64,000 nt of DNA from Antedon mediterranea (taxonomy: Eukaryota; Animalia; Echinodermata), in contig NC_092673.1 of NCBI RefSeq assembly GCF_964355755.1, forward strand, positions 22,193,648-22,257,647, written 5' to 3'. Shown here in pieces: positions 49,801-63,848 of this stretch. Position 1 is the first letter of the stretch; each line of letters begins with the position of its first letter. A program made the position numbers and the translations under genes. Below the pieces are notes generated by a model, which did no database searches, was not told where the DNA came from, and worked only from the letters and a program-made list of their open reading frames with translations.

Positions 49801-52800
49801 AAGAAGTGCTTGGTACTGAAGGTAAAATAACAAATGGGAACCAAGAAGTGCTTGGTACTGAAGATAAAATAACAAATGGAAACCAAGAAGTGCTTAGTGG
49901 TACAGGAAAAAACAAAAAAACAAATGGGAACCAAGAAGTGCTTGGTACTGAAGGTAAAATAACAAATGGGAACCAAGAAATGCTTAGTGGTAGTACAGAA
50001 AACAAAAAGCCAAATGGGTACCAAGAAGTGCTTGGTGCTGAAGATAAAATAACAAATGGGAACCAAGAAGTGCTTAGTGGTGCTGAAGATAAAATAACAA
50101 ATGGAAACCAAGAAGTGCTTGGTGCTGAAGATAAAATAACAAATGGAAACCAAGAAGTGCTTGGTGCTGAAGATAAAATAACAAATGATAACCAAAAAAT
50201 GCCTGGTAATGAAGATGAAGTGAGGACAATTATACTCCCTCATCATGTGATCAAAGAGGAACAACATGATAAGGAGGAACAACAAGAGAAGGAGGAGGAG
50301 AATAATAAAAAAGAAGTGGAACAATTGAATACTGATGATCCTAGTGCTGGTCAAACTAGTGAATCAGATCCAAACCAGTCTAGAAAAAATATTGAAGAAT
50401 TTCTGCGCTTAGATATAGAACAAGAATTGAAAGCATCTCGAAAAGAGGGAGTTGTAAATGAGAAGGTGGAAAAGAAAGTTGTGGAAGGAGATATTTTAAA
50501 AGAAGATGCAAAGAGTAAACATGATAATGTGCAATATACTAGTGATGAGCTGAAGAATGATGAAACAAAAACAATGGAAAAGGAAAGAAAAGAAGAAATA
50601 ATAGATAAAAAAGAAAATGAATCAGAAGAAAATATAGATGGTATATATATACCAGAGATTGATTTAACTAAAAAAGAAGATGAAAAGAAAGATGAAGATA
50701 AGATGGAAGGGAAAGAGGAAAAGATAGTGAAAAAGGAGGAAATAGATCCAATGCCGTCATTTGATGAATGGAAACAACTAAAGCTTGTCATAAATGAACA
50801 AGAAAAATTAAAAATAAAAGGTATGTATCTTATTCTATTACTTTATTTGCAAGTGGGCTGGTTTATGAATGAATGAATTTGTTTAATGCTTCCTGTGTGC
50901 TGTTATAAGTATCTAAAGCATTTCAGTTTCAACATGGAGTTTTTCCTCCATGGTTTCAATTAGTCCCACACCCAAATGTTATACAGGTACTGTACTGTGA
51001 AAAGGTCAAAGAGTTGATTTTGATCTATAAAAACAAGAGATATTGTTTTTGAAACTGTATTTGAATCTTCCCGTTTCTGCTGCATAGCACAGAATGAACT
51101 GTTTATTTCAAAAGTATGATTTGTTTGGACCGCATTTCTATAAATAAATGTGAAACTGGAAAGATGAAAAAAAGAGTTGCTTTAATTGATTGATATTTTA
51201 ATTCAATTCAAGTTCATATTTATTTAGACAAAAAGACATTTTACACGAACAAATTTAGGTATTTCTTTCGTTTGTAAAGTCCCTTTACAAAATGAAAAAA
51301 AAATTGTAAATGTAGTTTATAATATTTTGTCGTAGTATTAGAAAGATGTGTTACAATGTAATAGGTGATCCATGCAGTTTTGTATAAACTGTTCTTTATA
51401 TCTATCGGTTGACCGAGTATGTATAGTAAAAAGACAATAACCTTTGTAAAAACTATTGAAAACTAACTAAGTGAACGCCCTTGTTGAAACCAGGGAGTTT
51501 AACAACTCCCTGTTAGTGTAATTTGTTTTCAGGAATGTATTACTGTATTATTCAAATCTGGTATATACAATGTATAAATGCCCAAAGCTATACTTGGTAA
51601 TTATATTGATGATGGACTTGATATCTAAAAATGTCCTATGCTCAATCGAAACCAAAATTTGTTTTTAATTTTTCTATATTTCTCCAATACTGAATATACT
51701 ACTCTACACATTGATAAGCATTTATAATGTAGTGTGTGACCTTAAATTATGTCAAACAAATATAGGTCTAGTAGCTTTAATATTTGCTTATTATACAGTA
51801 TATTATATTTGTTAAAACTTTTATGCATTTTTTCTTATGTAATTTTAATTTATTATTATTATAGGCTACTGTAACTAATTGCTTATATGTTTTTAGCACA
51901 CATAAATGGCCATCCTATTCCTGTGCCCCGACATAACACAAAGCTATCGAGTAAAAACTATGCATCTGTGGACTGTGGGTCTAAAATTGTAGATTCCAAT
52001 AAAGAAAGTAGAGGCACTGCATCAGCAATATTAACAAGCAATAGGGATGAATACATGTTGAACCCATGCTCAGCTAAAATATGGTAAGTAGGTCGCAACC
52101 TCATAATTATAAACATTATTAAATTTGTTAATTACTACATGAGACATTTATTTATATTGCATACTATTTTTTTTCAAATATTTTATTATTTATTTTTATT
52201 GTTCAGGAGGGTTTTTAGAGCGGCGCTTATTTGGGGTATACACTGTATGGTACCATGTATATTCCAAAAAATACCCCCTAGATATGAAAAAATACAATAC
52301 ATTTATGTATAATACTACCAAAATTACAAGTGACAATCAAAACAATACAATTAACATCGAGAAGTGATAAAATACAGTAAAAAAAAAATGGTTGAAAAAA
52401 TTAAAAAATTGCAGATCATGTCAATCAATGAATTCTACTACAAATAGAAATGTTTTGTAATACAATATTGTGTATATATTCATGTGGCAAGGCATTTATT
52501 TGAGGAAAGGGCTTTTTTTTTTATTTTATTATGTACAACAATTTCTTGTTAATTCTGGAAGATTTGATTGATGTTTCTGTTAGTTGTTTTAAAATGTTGT
52601 ATTTGTTAATCCTCTGAGGCGCCTTGAAGCTAAGGTGGTTCCATCTTGTAAGGCGCCTCTGTGTAATATACTGAATAAAAAAAAAAAAAAAGAAAAAAAA
52701 AAAGGGGCATTTAATCGAGGTCGAGGGTATGTAGGAGCATCAAAATGATGTTCTATTGTTCTAAAAACAAAAATAATTGTTAATTCTTAGGATATCCTGA

Positions 52801-55800
52801 AAACTATATAGGGAGTTACAGAAATAATAAATGGCATGTTCATAATATCATAGCCACCTTGCAAATTCACTCAACATTAATTGTTTTAATAGTTTAATAT
52901 ACCAAATCCATGCATTACAATACACATTGTATCCAAAATCCAATAAATACAGCATAAGAGTTATAAAATAAAGAATTCTGTGGTAAATTATACGTACATT
53001 GTTAAGGATTGAAAAACGTGTAAAGAGTGTATAACATAGAGGAAAATTTTTTTTTTCTTCTTTCCTTATACTATTATATAAAAAATGCAATGGTAGTAGT
53101 GAGATATCAGATGTACTGAAAGTTATTTAATGTCAATTATTGTAATGTATCATTACATTACTCATGTGCAATGCATTGTAAACGAACATTTTATTGATGA
53201 AGTGGGTCGATCCTACATAAGACAAAAAAAAACAGCAAATCTAACAAACAAAACTCAATAGATAGTGGATTTACTTGTATTGTTATTGAAGTATGTCTGT
53301 TACTAATGTTGCCATATTTTGTTTATTAACAGTACTTAAAACATGAACACAAAAAAATTAGGTAAATTTACAGTAGTTAAAAAAACTATTTCATTTTGCT
53401 TTTTATCACATTTTTATTCATTAAATTATATAAATTAAAGATTCTTGAAAATGATTAAAAAGTTTCATTAAATAACAGTTATTTTTTATTTGAAATGAAA
53501 AGATTCTTATTCAAGTGTGAATTTATAAGTTTTACCTGTTATTGATGTTTAAGGTTTACAGTTGAAATGTGTGAGCCTATTCAAGTAAAACGAGTTGAAA
53601 TTGCCAATTTGGAACTATTTTCATCAACACCTGAAAGCTTTAAAGTGTTCACAAGTGACAGGTAAAGCTAAACAAATGTTTTAGAATAGTATTAAGGCTA
53701 GACACATTTAACGTAGAGATTTTACACTATCAAACTTTATGTGACAAAAATGTCCTCATATATGGACAATATGATGTCATATTAGGGCATACCATTACCA
53801 TATTTGGGCACATGACACTTTTTTGTCACAATTAGTGGAAATGGTGATTTAATGTTTGAGGGAAAATTGAACTTTTTTGTAATCTACAGTTACAGTACTG
53901 TAGATCATCAACTATATAGAATTCCTGGTACCCCCCGCTGCCCCCCCCCCCCCCCTCTCCACAAAGAATTTTTAACTTTGGAGTCCACCCTCTAGCCAAT
54001 CTATAGAAGCTCATTGTAGAAAAAATGGTTCAGAATGAATAAGAACTGGGTTATTCGGGAATGATACAAAAGTTCCAAAAGTTTAAGCATGGTTTTATTA
54101 TTAAGTTAATTTCCAATTAAGTAACAAATCTTTATTTATTATTTGTTCAACTCACTAAAATGCATAGAAATTACAAAATGCATATTAGTGAAGGATAGGA
54201 CCAACAGGTGGTAAACACCTCTAAAACGGTCCAGTCCCAATTACATAATAAAAACGTATATACAAAATTATAATGATGTAATGGCCTATGTAACATATTA
54301 TAGAAATAACTGATCTTTTAAAAATAAACTTAAAGATGGCCGACATTTACAGCAGTGACAACAGTAAACCTTATTTGACTATATTATTAAACTATATTAT
54401 TAAACTTCTATGAAATGTGTTACAGGGTAATATTGATTTAGTAAAATGTGTGTATAGACAGCCATATGCTATTTAAGTTAACACATGTTTTATTGAACTG
54501 ATTTTGTATGTGTATTTCATTTGCTTTATAGATACCCAACATCCTATTGGCGTGAAGTCGGTTTGTTTTACGCTAGAGACGAACGTTCTTTGCAAACATT
54601 TACAGTACACGACGAGACCTTATTTACAAAATTCATAAAAGTAGAATTCTTAACATTTTTTGGAGAGGAACACTACTGTCCAATATCATTATTGAGGTGT
54701 GTTGTTTTTTCATATACAAAATATTATACTACCTTGTTATTATTATTATTTCAATATACACTGAACTGTTTATTGTACCGAGCGGTAACGGTAATAAAAA
54801 TATAGAATCTTTGTTATTCCTTATGACCATTTACAAACAACGCGGAGCGGATGGGTGGTTTCTGCTCAAGATAGATACAGACTCTACGTGGAAAAGCAAC
54901 ACAGTTTTTCACTTAATAACAATACCGTAAATAATAATATCAATTTATTTGAAAAAGAGATTCTTACTGTTATTTGTGATAAGAAATGAATGTTAACATT
55001 TAAAAGAATCAAACAAAATGTTTTTCAGTCTTGCAAGTAAGAAAGTAACATTAATATACTTTGATTACATTGATTCATTTAGAGTATTTGGTACCAGTAT
55101 GGAAGAGGAGATTGATAGTGAAAGTGATCAGCAAATAGATCCTAGTCCACCAGGTAATAAGTGGCAATTAGTAGACCAATGCAATATAGAAAAATAGTTA
55201 CAATTTGATTAGGTGGGCTAGAAATGATTTGAAGAAAATTATTACAGTGGCTAATCCAGGTGGTTGCCCTTTCTCCTCCTTTTTTTGACAGCTAAAAACA
55301 AATGATGAGGAACTGCTGCACTTTATGTTACCTATTTTTTAATAACTATTAATATTATATTTTAGCATTCCCCCTCCTACCACCAAAAAAAAAAGAATTC
55401 TGGATACGCAATATGCATTAGTGGCTCAATGAGCAACAGTGTTATATCGATCAGCTTATGAAATTGTACATTGCAGAACCAAAATGTCATTTTAATACAT
55501 TTATTACGGTCATCCTCATTTTTACTGTTAATAAGAAGCCTACTTAAAAATATGTAGTGTATTATAGTACAGGTCCTTACTGCTTTCATTTCAATTCAAT
55601 ATTTTTAAGATCTGATATTTTTTATACTTTAGAAGTGTTGCCAGTGCATCCAACAGTCTCTCCAGAAGACACTGCTGCTGGAGATGGTATCTTTGACAGT
55701 GTTATCAAAATAGTGAAAGAGGCAGCTAAAGCATTCCATGGTGAGAGCTTTATGGATTTCAATAAAAATATAATACGACTAGACAAGCAAATTAACATTT

Positions 55801-58800
55801 ATATATTTAAACAAATCTATCATGTTCGAAATAAATCGTAAACATTTTCTGTTGACCACTTTAAACTAGTACTGTATGGTATTTCCAGTGTTGTAGTTTT
55901 GACTACTTTTTGTGAACAATTATAGTGGCATAGTATAGAATACAAGACATTTCTAAAAAGGGGGATTTTTGAAATTCTAGATTTATATTTGTAAAAACAT
56001 ATTTAGGGCACAAAATTATTCACATTATATTCTAATGGAGACCCACTTGATAGTTTGATTTAGTTCGCTTTTGGGAATCCTGTCTCTCTCTATTGTTTGT
56101 TATTTTTTGTTATATGTAAGATGAAATAAATAAAATGAAATGAAATAATAATATTCATAGATTTTATAATATTCATAGATTTTAGCCATAGGTAGTATAA
56201 CTTCATTTTTTCTTATCTCAATTCTATGAGATGTTTGTTCTTTGCATTACTGTATTAACAAACATTTTCATTAAAACAATGGCAAAGAATATTGTAAAAA
56301 ACTGTAAAAATACTTTTAAGAAAGATAACATATCTTTGATTAACTTTCATGCATGCATTTACTTGCATTCCAGCTGAAGTAAGAATTCCTGTTGTAGCTG
56401 AAGATATTCGCAAGGATGAGTTGCTTTCTTGTTTTCCATATTCCAATGGGTAAGAATAGAGAACAAAGATGTTCTATGATTTTATAATAATTTTATAACT
56501 CTGAGCTTATTATGTTGTTTGAAGGTTTGCTTGGCGAATAAACACTAGTAAAGTTAGATTTGTGGTACACAAGCCTAATTATACTAGTAATCTATTTGAA
56601 AAACTAATTTGTTAAAACTTAAATTTTGGTTGATGTTCCAGATATTGCACCAACTAATTGTCTTTATTGTCAATTTTGAAAAGAGGACAACATTTTTTTT
56701 TCTTCTTTAATTCAATTTTAGAGTTTTAAAGTTTAAATTATTATGAACTTATAATTTTTGTTTTTCTCTTTCAACAGCGTGTCTAAGAGGCCCTTTAATT
56801 CGCCCAAAAATGCAAAGTTGAAAAAGACTGATACGGCAACTAAAAAAAAGATTGAATTGAATAAAGAAACAACATTACCGATAAACCAAAAATCTTCAGA
56901 ATCTGTAGAAAATATAACCTTACAAGACTCTATAATCTCACCATCACCACCAATCATCCAACATATTGGATGCAAGATATGCCAGTACTGCTTCATACCT
57001 CACTATGGTGACGTCTTCCACAAGTGCCATCTAGTTAAACTATCAATTTCTGAAGTTGGTGTTTACTTCTGTTGTTATGATGCTCCAATCAGAACTCTGG
57101 TTTACACTGGTGCCATTGGTCTTAAAGCTTCTACTATCAATGATGGTAATAGTAGCAGTAGTGTGAAAGTGAATTCTGTTAACATCAGTAGTAAAGTGAT
57201 AGATGCAAGTGGCATCAGTGTGTCAACCTCCTCACTGCAGTCTGTCAATATTCAAACATTCAATGTCCAACCTGCTGCGAGTTCTAACCTGGAAAGCACG
57301 CCTGCTGCTGCCATAACATCTGGTATCGATTCCTCAAAAGAAACTCCTCCATTACCAGCAAACACTTCTTATGAAACAACTAAAGTTGACCTGAAAGTAC
57401 ATGGTGTTTCTTCGATGACAGAATCAGATATTGTTAAAACTAGCAAAGCTGATGAACTAAAAACAAAAGATGTGAACTTGCAAAAGGAAAAAGAAAACAA
57501 CATGATTAAAGAGGAATTAAAAGTGGATGTTACAGTAACTGCTGAGGCATCAAATGGAAAACCTAAAATAGAACACCAAGGTTCTCCAATTGCTTTACAG
57601 ACAACAGAAAGTGAGTCAATGACCGATAGTCATTTAGAAGAACATGTTGACACCGTGAAAGAGAAAAAGGAAGATCAGACGAATGTAGGCAGTGTACCAA
57701 TTAAAATAGAACCTGTTAAAGAGTCTACTTCAGCAGAAACTCTTAAAGATGATGTCAAACCACCGACAGAAACTGCCGCTCCATCAGATGTTAAAGAACA
57801 GCCAGCATCTGTTGCCACAGACTCTGTTAAAAAAACATCTGAAGCAGCTCCTGATATCACTTCAAATCTGAAAGTTAGCAAAGAACATGATAACAGTACA
57901 AAACCAAAACCGGGTGATGGAGCATCTGGAAATTCTTTTGGTTTTGGGATTCCTAAGGAGTCTGTACTTATGAGACTCAATAATCGGATTAAATCACTTG
58001 AAGTCAACTTGTCATTAAGTAGCCTATACTTACAAGAACTTAGTCAGCGGTAAGTTTAGGTGGGGGTACATATTATAAAATGTAATTAGTAACACTAATT
58101 TTAACACTTTTTAACCATAATTAGAATTTACTGTGATGTTATTATAGCTAAAGAACCTCAAACCCGTATAGATTATGTTCACTAACTTCCCAGATACATA
58201 ATTTTCACTACTGTTCTTTTTAAAGTTATAAAAAACAAATGGATGACATGAGGAAGACGTATGATACTAAAGTGGCCAAGCTTTATGAAGATGCAATGAT
58301 AGCTGAGGAAAAGGTTAGATAACGGATTAATAATTGTCATTTTAATTATTGGCTAAACTAAAACATCAATAAACATTCTTGCAATTTTAGTAATATATAG
58401 TCCTTACATATTTTTAAAAATGGAGTCAAATGACTGAGCGGTTAAGGCAGGCAGTACGTGTACCTAAATAGCCAACAATATCGGAATGGGTTTGAGGCTG
58501 ACTCACTCTTAGTTCTGGTGGCGGAACAGTTTTACAAAGTTTGTCCGGATTTTGGTTTTTTTCTTCCGGATTTTGAGAGAATGAGAATAATTGACAATGA
58601 CGGCTTTTGTTTCCTCCTGCCCCCATAAATAGTTATGAAGATAGTTATATAGTTTAGTATGATTGTTTTACAAATGTGGTGATCTGTGATGATGGTGTAA
58701 ACTTAAATGTTTTTATTCCTCAGAAACAAATAGAAGCAGAACATGTGAAAGAACTTGAAAATGAGATCAAGAAGTTAAAGACATCAATTAGTAACTTGAA

Positions 58801-61454
58801 TTATACAGTTGAAAATCTACATAACCAGGTAAGAATAAGCCTTTTTGTAATAAAACTGTGTTGGAGGTTTTCAGGACTAGTGTGTGATTTATATTATCAG
58901 AAATAGTTATACAGCAAATTAGTAGTAGGCTGTTACATAATAATAATATTTACCACATTTCTATAGCGACCTTTTCATGAGTAATTACGCTCAAAGGCGC
59001 TTTACAGCACATTATTACCCCAGTCATTTTTTGGATCAAACAAATTTGGAAACATGTCTTGATCTACCTATTTTATACACTTGGGTGTAGAGATGCAAAT
59101 GTAAGTAAACTGTCTTTGCCTAAGGATACAAGCAATGCGGTGAGAGTTGGATTTTAATCACGATCTCACGATCAGTAATCCAACATCCAACACACTGCAC
59201 ACTTTTATCGTATCATTTTATTTGAATTGCATAGTTTTGTGGTTTTTTTTGTAATTGTAATGTTACAGTGAATAGTATTTTGTGCGTTATAAAATTCCTT
59301 CACCATAGAATTTAAACACAATTATCACAATTTTTTCTAGACATTTGAGAGTCATTTCTTCCTAATGCTGATAGAGGTTACCATCGTCTGTTGTCTGTTG
59401 GTTTGCACACGTTCTTGTCGACAGGTAAAAGAAACAATGCCCACAGGTCTACAAGAATTGTCGGTAACAACGCCTTCCAAGAGTCATGGCAGACGGAATT
59501 CATACAGTGGAAGAATTAATCACAAAAGTATATTAAACTTGCCACATGACGGTGGTAAATTAGAAGGTAGTGTATTATATATTAATAAGGGATTAAGTAT
59601 GTAATTGCACTTGGGAAAGCCCAGTTTAACCTACTGCATGGTGTATATTCTGTGTATCCTTGAAACATATAATAATCTCCCATTGTGGTAATATGGTATG
59701 GCTCTTTACATTCATTTTAAAGTCTAAAGCTCTGTCTACACTATCAAACAAACTAGTTTGACAAAAAAAGTATGATGTGCCCAAGGTATAGTAATATGCT
59801 TAAAAATGGTAGTGATATGATATCATCATGCCCATGTGTGGTATTTTTAACATAAAGTTTGATAGTGTAGACAGAACTTAATGTAATGAATTTATCAAAC
59901 AACAATGGATTTAAATACAGTAATATGGAGATTTCGATTTAAGACGTAGATAGTGTAGACAGAGCTTTAGGTTCATAAATTCTTGTAAGTTAATTCTTAC
60001 ATGTTTGATTTATATGCAATAAATGTTTCTTTCTTTTTACAATTATTTTGCTTGGTTTTATGATTAAATTACAACCTGTTTCTGTTTAATTTATTTTCTT
60101 TAAAGTAGCATGTTTCTTTTTTTATTTTCATTTCCTTTACAGGAGGTTGTGAAGAATTATTAATAATCGAACCACCGACACCAATAAGACAGGCGTCTCT
60201 TCAGGTGATGATCCTTCAAACCATTTGCACCTTATGTTTTGTTGTTATGTAATAGTAATAACATTATGTAAATTGTTTTTTGAAAAGTATCTTAGATGTT
60301 TTATTAAATTATTTATTGACTTTTGGTGTACGTTATTTCCTGATTACGCCAAATCCATCTTGCAACATAATTTTAATTATACATTCAAAGACCAATCATT
60401 GTCCATCATCATCCATTATCAATCATCATCAATCATTATCAATCATCATCCATTATCAATCATTATCAATCATCATCCAATATGAATCATCATCCATCAG
60501 TATCAATCATCATCCATTATCAATCATCATTAACGATCATCATCAATCGTCAACAATCATCATCGATCATCATCAATCATAAATCATCAACAATCATCAA
60601 TCAACAATCATCATCAACAATCATCATCAATCATCAACAATCATCAACAATCATCATCAATCATCAACAATCATCAACAGTCATTAACAATCATCATCAA
60701 TCATCAACAATCATCAATCATCATCAACAATCATTAACAATCATCAACAATCATCATCAACAATCATCAATCATCATCAGCAATCATCATCAATCATCAA
60801 TCATTATCAACAATCATCAATCATCATCAACAATCATTAATCATCATCAATCATCATCAGTCATTATCAATCATCATCAACAATCATCAACAATCATTAA
60901 CAATCATCATCAATCATCATCAACAATCATCATCAGCAATCATCAACACTCATCATCAATCATCAATCATTATCAACAATCATCATCAACAATCATCAAC
61001 AATCAATCATCATCAACAATCATCAATCATCATCAATCATCAACAATCATCATCAATCATCAACAATCATCAATTATCAGCAATCATCAATCATCAACAA
61101 TCATCAATCATTATTATTAAAAATACTTTTTTTATTATTTCACAGGCAAATGAAAACATGAAAAATCGACGTTTAAAAAACAAACAGAAGCAAAAGAACA
61201 ATTTAAAGTCATCATCTGCTTCAAATTTGAAGAAAGAGAACAAAAGACTAAAGAGTAATACTTCTTCAAAGTCTGGAAACATCTCCAGTGCTGGGTTACT
61301 GTTTGGAATTACTGCCAGAAAAGAGTCTAAAAAGCATAATGGTGCATGTAATGGGCAATTAAAACGACCAAAGAGTACAGAAAATCTTACAAGAGTTGAA
61401 GAAGTACCGCACGCTAAGGGGCAGGATAGATTCAACTTCTGTAATGGGTACTGA
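43880..61454 (+). CDS. SUCO: SUN domain-containing ossification factor (SUCO/Osteopotentia), ~1425 aa
   Basis: Exons 43880-43938, 44535-44625, 48530-48660, 49601-50820, 51897-52083, 53554-53661, 54532-54696, 55083-55153, 55633-55740, 56374-56449, 56778-58049, 58226-58313, 58724-58828, 59341-59566, 60143-60204, 61146-61454 total 4278 nt in frame. Signal peptide, MPSFDEWK, mid-SUN domain ([43 protein letters not shown]), [33 protein letters not shown] coiled coil and a TM segment. Confidence 0.95.
47423..47479. repeat. 28-bp tandem duplication
   Basis: AGAGTGGGAAATATAGAGGGTAAGCTAA x2. Confidence 0.9.
47960..48125 (-). mobile_element. Degraded tRNA-derived SINE
   Basis: Minus strand TGGTGTAATGG (A box), GGTTCGAGG (B box), then CCTTAGGCAAGATGCTTTAC. 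A related piece lies at ~14570-14665. Confidence 0.7.
48130..48243 (-). pseudogene. 5S rRNA-derived copy (pseudogene or SINE3-type head)
   Basis: Minus strand TACGGCCATACTGCGTTGAAACACCGGTTCTCGTCAGATCACCGAAGTTAAGCAACATTGGGCCCGGTT...GGATGGGAGACCG...GCTGTA is nearly full-length animal 5S. It has substitutions in the 3' half, lacks the terminal bases and has no oligo-T terminator. Confidence 0.88.
49652..50215 (+). repeat. Coding minisatellite in SUCO exon 4 (13 units of 42/45/51 bp)
   Basis: Repeated AATGGGAACCAAGAAGTGCTT core encoding [10 protein letters not shown](S)G(T/A)E(G/D). Confidence 0.95.
58950..59200 (-). mobile_element. Degraded SINE with L2-like tail
   Basis: Minus strand CCTTAGGCAAAGACAGTTTAC central part and a TGTAAAGCGCCTTTGAGC...GCTATAGAAAT tail. 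Confidence 0.6.
59726..59880. mobile_element. MITE family A copy (near complete)
   Basis: TAAAGCTCTGTCTACACTATCAAAC ... GTTTGATAGTGTAGACAGAACTTA. Confidence 0.8.
60393..61115. repeat. Compound (ATC/AATC/AAC)n simple repeat in the last SUCO intron
   Basis: About 720 bp of AATCATCATCAAC-type units. Confidence 0.95.
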
Positions 61455-61580
61455 GTCTGTCTTGTAGTAGATATAGTATACAGGACATTCAGCTCTGTGA
61501 AACCTTTTAAACAAACCTCAATAGGATTGTCTACTTGTCAAGATGAAGTTACATTATGCATGGAAGAGTGAGTGAACCTT

Positions 61581-61905
61581 ATACCCTTTCACACCTGCGT
61601 AAATTGTTACAACTTTTGATACAAGTTGTAACCAGGTTTGATCTCCTGATTTATTACTCGCTTTCATACAGACATGCAAACCCTGAGAAATCTCTGGAGA
61701 AAGTATTGTCATTGCATAGATGGAGGCGCTATTTAATTATTAGTGTACTGTGATTGGTCAGTTAAATTCCAGGGCAACACACATGGGCAGTACAAACTCG
61801 GAAGAAAATAACAGGCGAAATCAGGGGAGATTTTCCTGAAAATTTTCTTCACACTATGCAAACCTGGTTACAAGTTGTTACATTTTGCAGATTTGAAAAG
61901 GGTAC
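61581..61905. mobile_element. Degraded MITE downstream of the SUCO stop
   Basis: Inverted ends TACCCTTTCACACCTGC and GCAGATTTGAAAAGGGTA, plus internal inverted TTGTAACCAGGTTTG and CAAACCTGGTTACAA. Confidence 0.6.
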
Positions 61906-62137
61906 TCTACCACACTTTCTGTAAACTAAGGGAATTTTTATTAAAACAGGAAATCATAGTATACTCGCATATATTAATTTACAATCTACTGTATGATACT
62001 GTATCTCCTTACTGCCAGTTGAACTTTTTTCGAGGTGTTTTAATATAGAGTTAAAGAAAAAAACACTGCCACTGAAAATCTCTATAAGTTCTTACTGGAG
62101 CTGTATCATTAGAAACATCATTAGCTAAGAAACTAGT

Positions 62138-62320
62138 AAAGCGTGGTTCCCACTAGCGACGCAACACAAGGACGTAACGCAACGCAAGTGAATTGACAAA
62201 TCACAAGCGATGGCTTATTCGCTTGTGATTGCTAACTGTCTATAACTTCGCTTGTCATTGGTTAAAACGCTTGCGTTGCGTTTACGTCCTTGCGTAACGT
62301 TCTAGTGGGAACCAAGCTTC
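62138..62320. mobile_element. Palindromic Harbinger-like MITE
   Basis: Inverted arms AAGCGTGGTTCCCACTAGCGACGCAAC and ACGTTCTAGTGGGAACCAAGCTT. End fragments also at ~27840-27872 and ~28522-28565. Confidence 0.8.
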
Positions 62321-63634
62321 AGAGTGCATCCAGAGTAACATTGTAGGCTGTTTATTGTCACAAATTGTCACTATTAAAGTTGGCTAAAATGTGTTGCAAC
62401 TGAAATTTGTGAACTTATGTTATCAACCAACACTTGTGTAGTGATGCAGAGTTAGGAGAAAAATTAAAAATTAAATTTAATATTATAACATTAAAATTTG
62501 CTAGTTCGCAATTAAAGAGTTTACTATTGAATTAATGTGTAAAAAGAATATGAAGAAATGTCAATACTTTAACACCCTTCCCTGCTTTTAAGCGATCTGA
62601 ACATTGAAATTAGGAATTTGTTCTTTATGTTGTTATTTCAAATGAGAAAAATAATAACGTTAAATTAAGGATTTACTATTGAATTGTAGTCTGGATTAAC
62701 AAGCATATGAAAAATAGCAATATCTTTTAGCCATCTAACCACTGGCTAAAATGGAAACAACTCCTAATAACTCTTTTATTGTTCACTTTTAAAAATTTAA
62801 ATTTCATTCCTAGTTGCCTCGGTAGATGTCTGAAATTTCTCATATTGGCTGTTTTATTTATTTAGTAGTTGCGTTAGTAATTATCTATGTTAGTGGTGAT
62901 TTTTTTTATTTAGAATATTTATATTTTCATAATTATTGTAAAAACTTCTATTATTTTTATTTAAATATTTGTTGTGCTGCATAATCTCATGTGTTGCACA
63001 GATACTGGAATATTTATGTTATAGACCAACAGAATTAGAAATAGTGATGCTACATAGGCGAAAAATATTATAATATAAATTAACATTTTCTATATTAGTT
63101 AGTTTAAAATATAATCTATTTTTTATTAATATTAAACAGTAATTTTTCAAAGAAATGGTTGAATTTTGTTTTAAGATTATGTTTAAAACTTTATTTTGTT
63201 GGTCATCACCTCATCTAGCTAAATTCTAGTGCATGTATAATTTATGCAAATTATTATTACTAATTACATTCCTAAAATATTAATATGGAAATAAATACAT
63301 GAACAATGCAGCAGCCATTTTATTTTGTGTTCTCTGATTTTAGTAAAATTTAAATAAATAATAATAAATGAGATGATGATGAAATTAAAATAAGATTTAT
63401 TTTATAAAATTAATTACTGTAATTTTAGATGAAAAAAAATTGGGAGAATAAAGGAAACGCATTCGTAACGTTTTGAACTTATTGCCTGTCAAAAGTTCAC
63501 AAATCAAACGTAACCACTACGATTTGACCTCTCAATTTATGCATGACCTATCTTATTTACATAATACAATGGCGAGCGTGTTGAAATGTTGTGGAAAAGT
63601 TTTCTGTGTTTAAACAAGTAAAACCGAATAAAGT

Positions 63635-63848
63635 ATGACAGATAATACACAGAGCGAAGTAGATATAATAAACCAAGAGATTTCTCAACTAAAGGGTATA
63701 CTAAACCGTCAAAATAATGATGAATTCAAGTCTCTTACTGCAGCTGAGCCGACGCAGGGTGATTTTTGCCACCAGTCGACTGCGACATGTTCTCTGAATA
63801 CTACTAGTACTACTGACACTTCCGTAGTCGAGCTTTCTGAGAAGATTG
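63635..63848 (+). CDS. Probable first coding exon of an unidentified gene continuing beyond the window
   Basis: ATG-initiated frame MTDNTQSEVDIINQEISQLKGILNRQ... ends at a consensus donor TTG|GTAAG. CpG-enriched, with a short N-terminal coiled-coil pattern. Confidence 0.6.

Noticed and set aside
49595-50791. Antisense ORFs of 136, 234 and 146 aa
   Set aside because: They are shadows of the repetitive, purine-rich SUCO exon 4.
60225-61120. ORFs of 86, 100 and 212 aa rich in H/Q/S/I/N
   Set aside because: They are translations of an ATC/AAC simple repeat inside the last SUCO intron.
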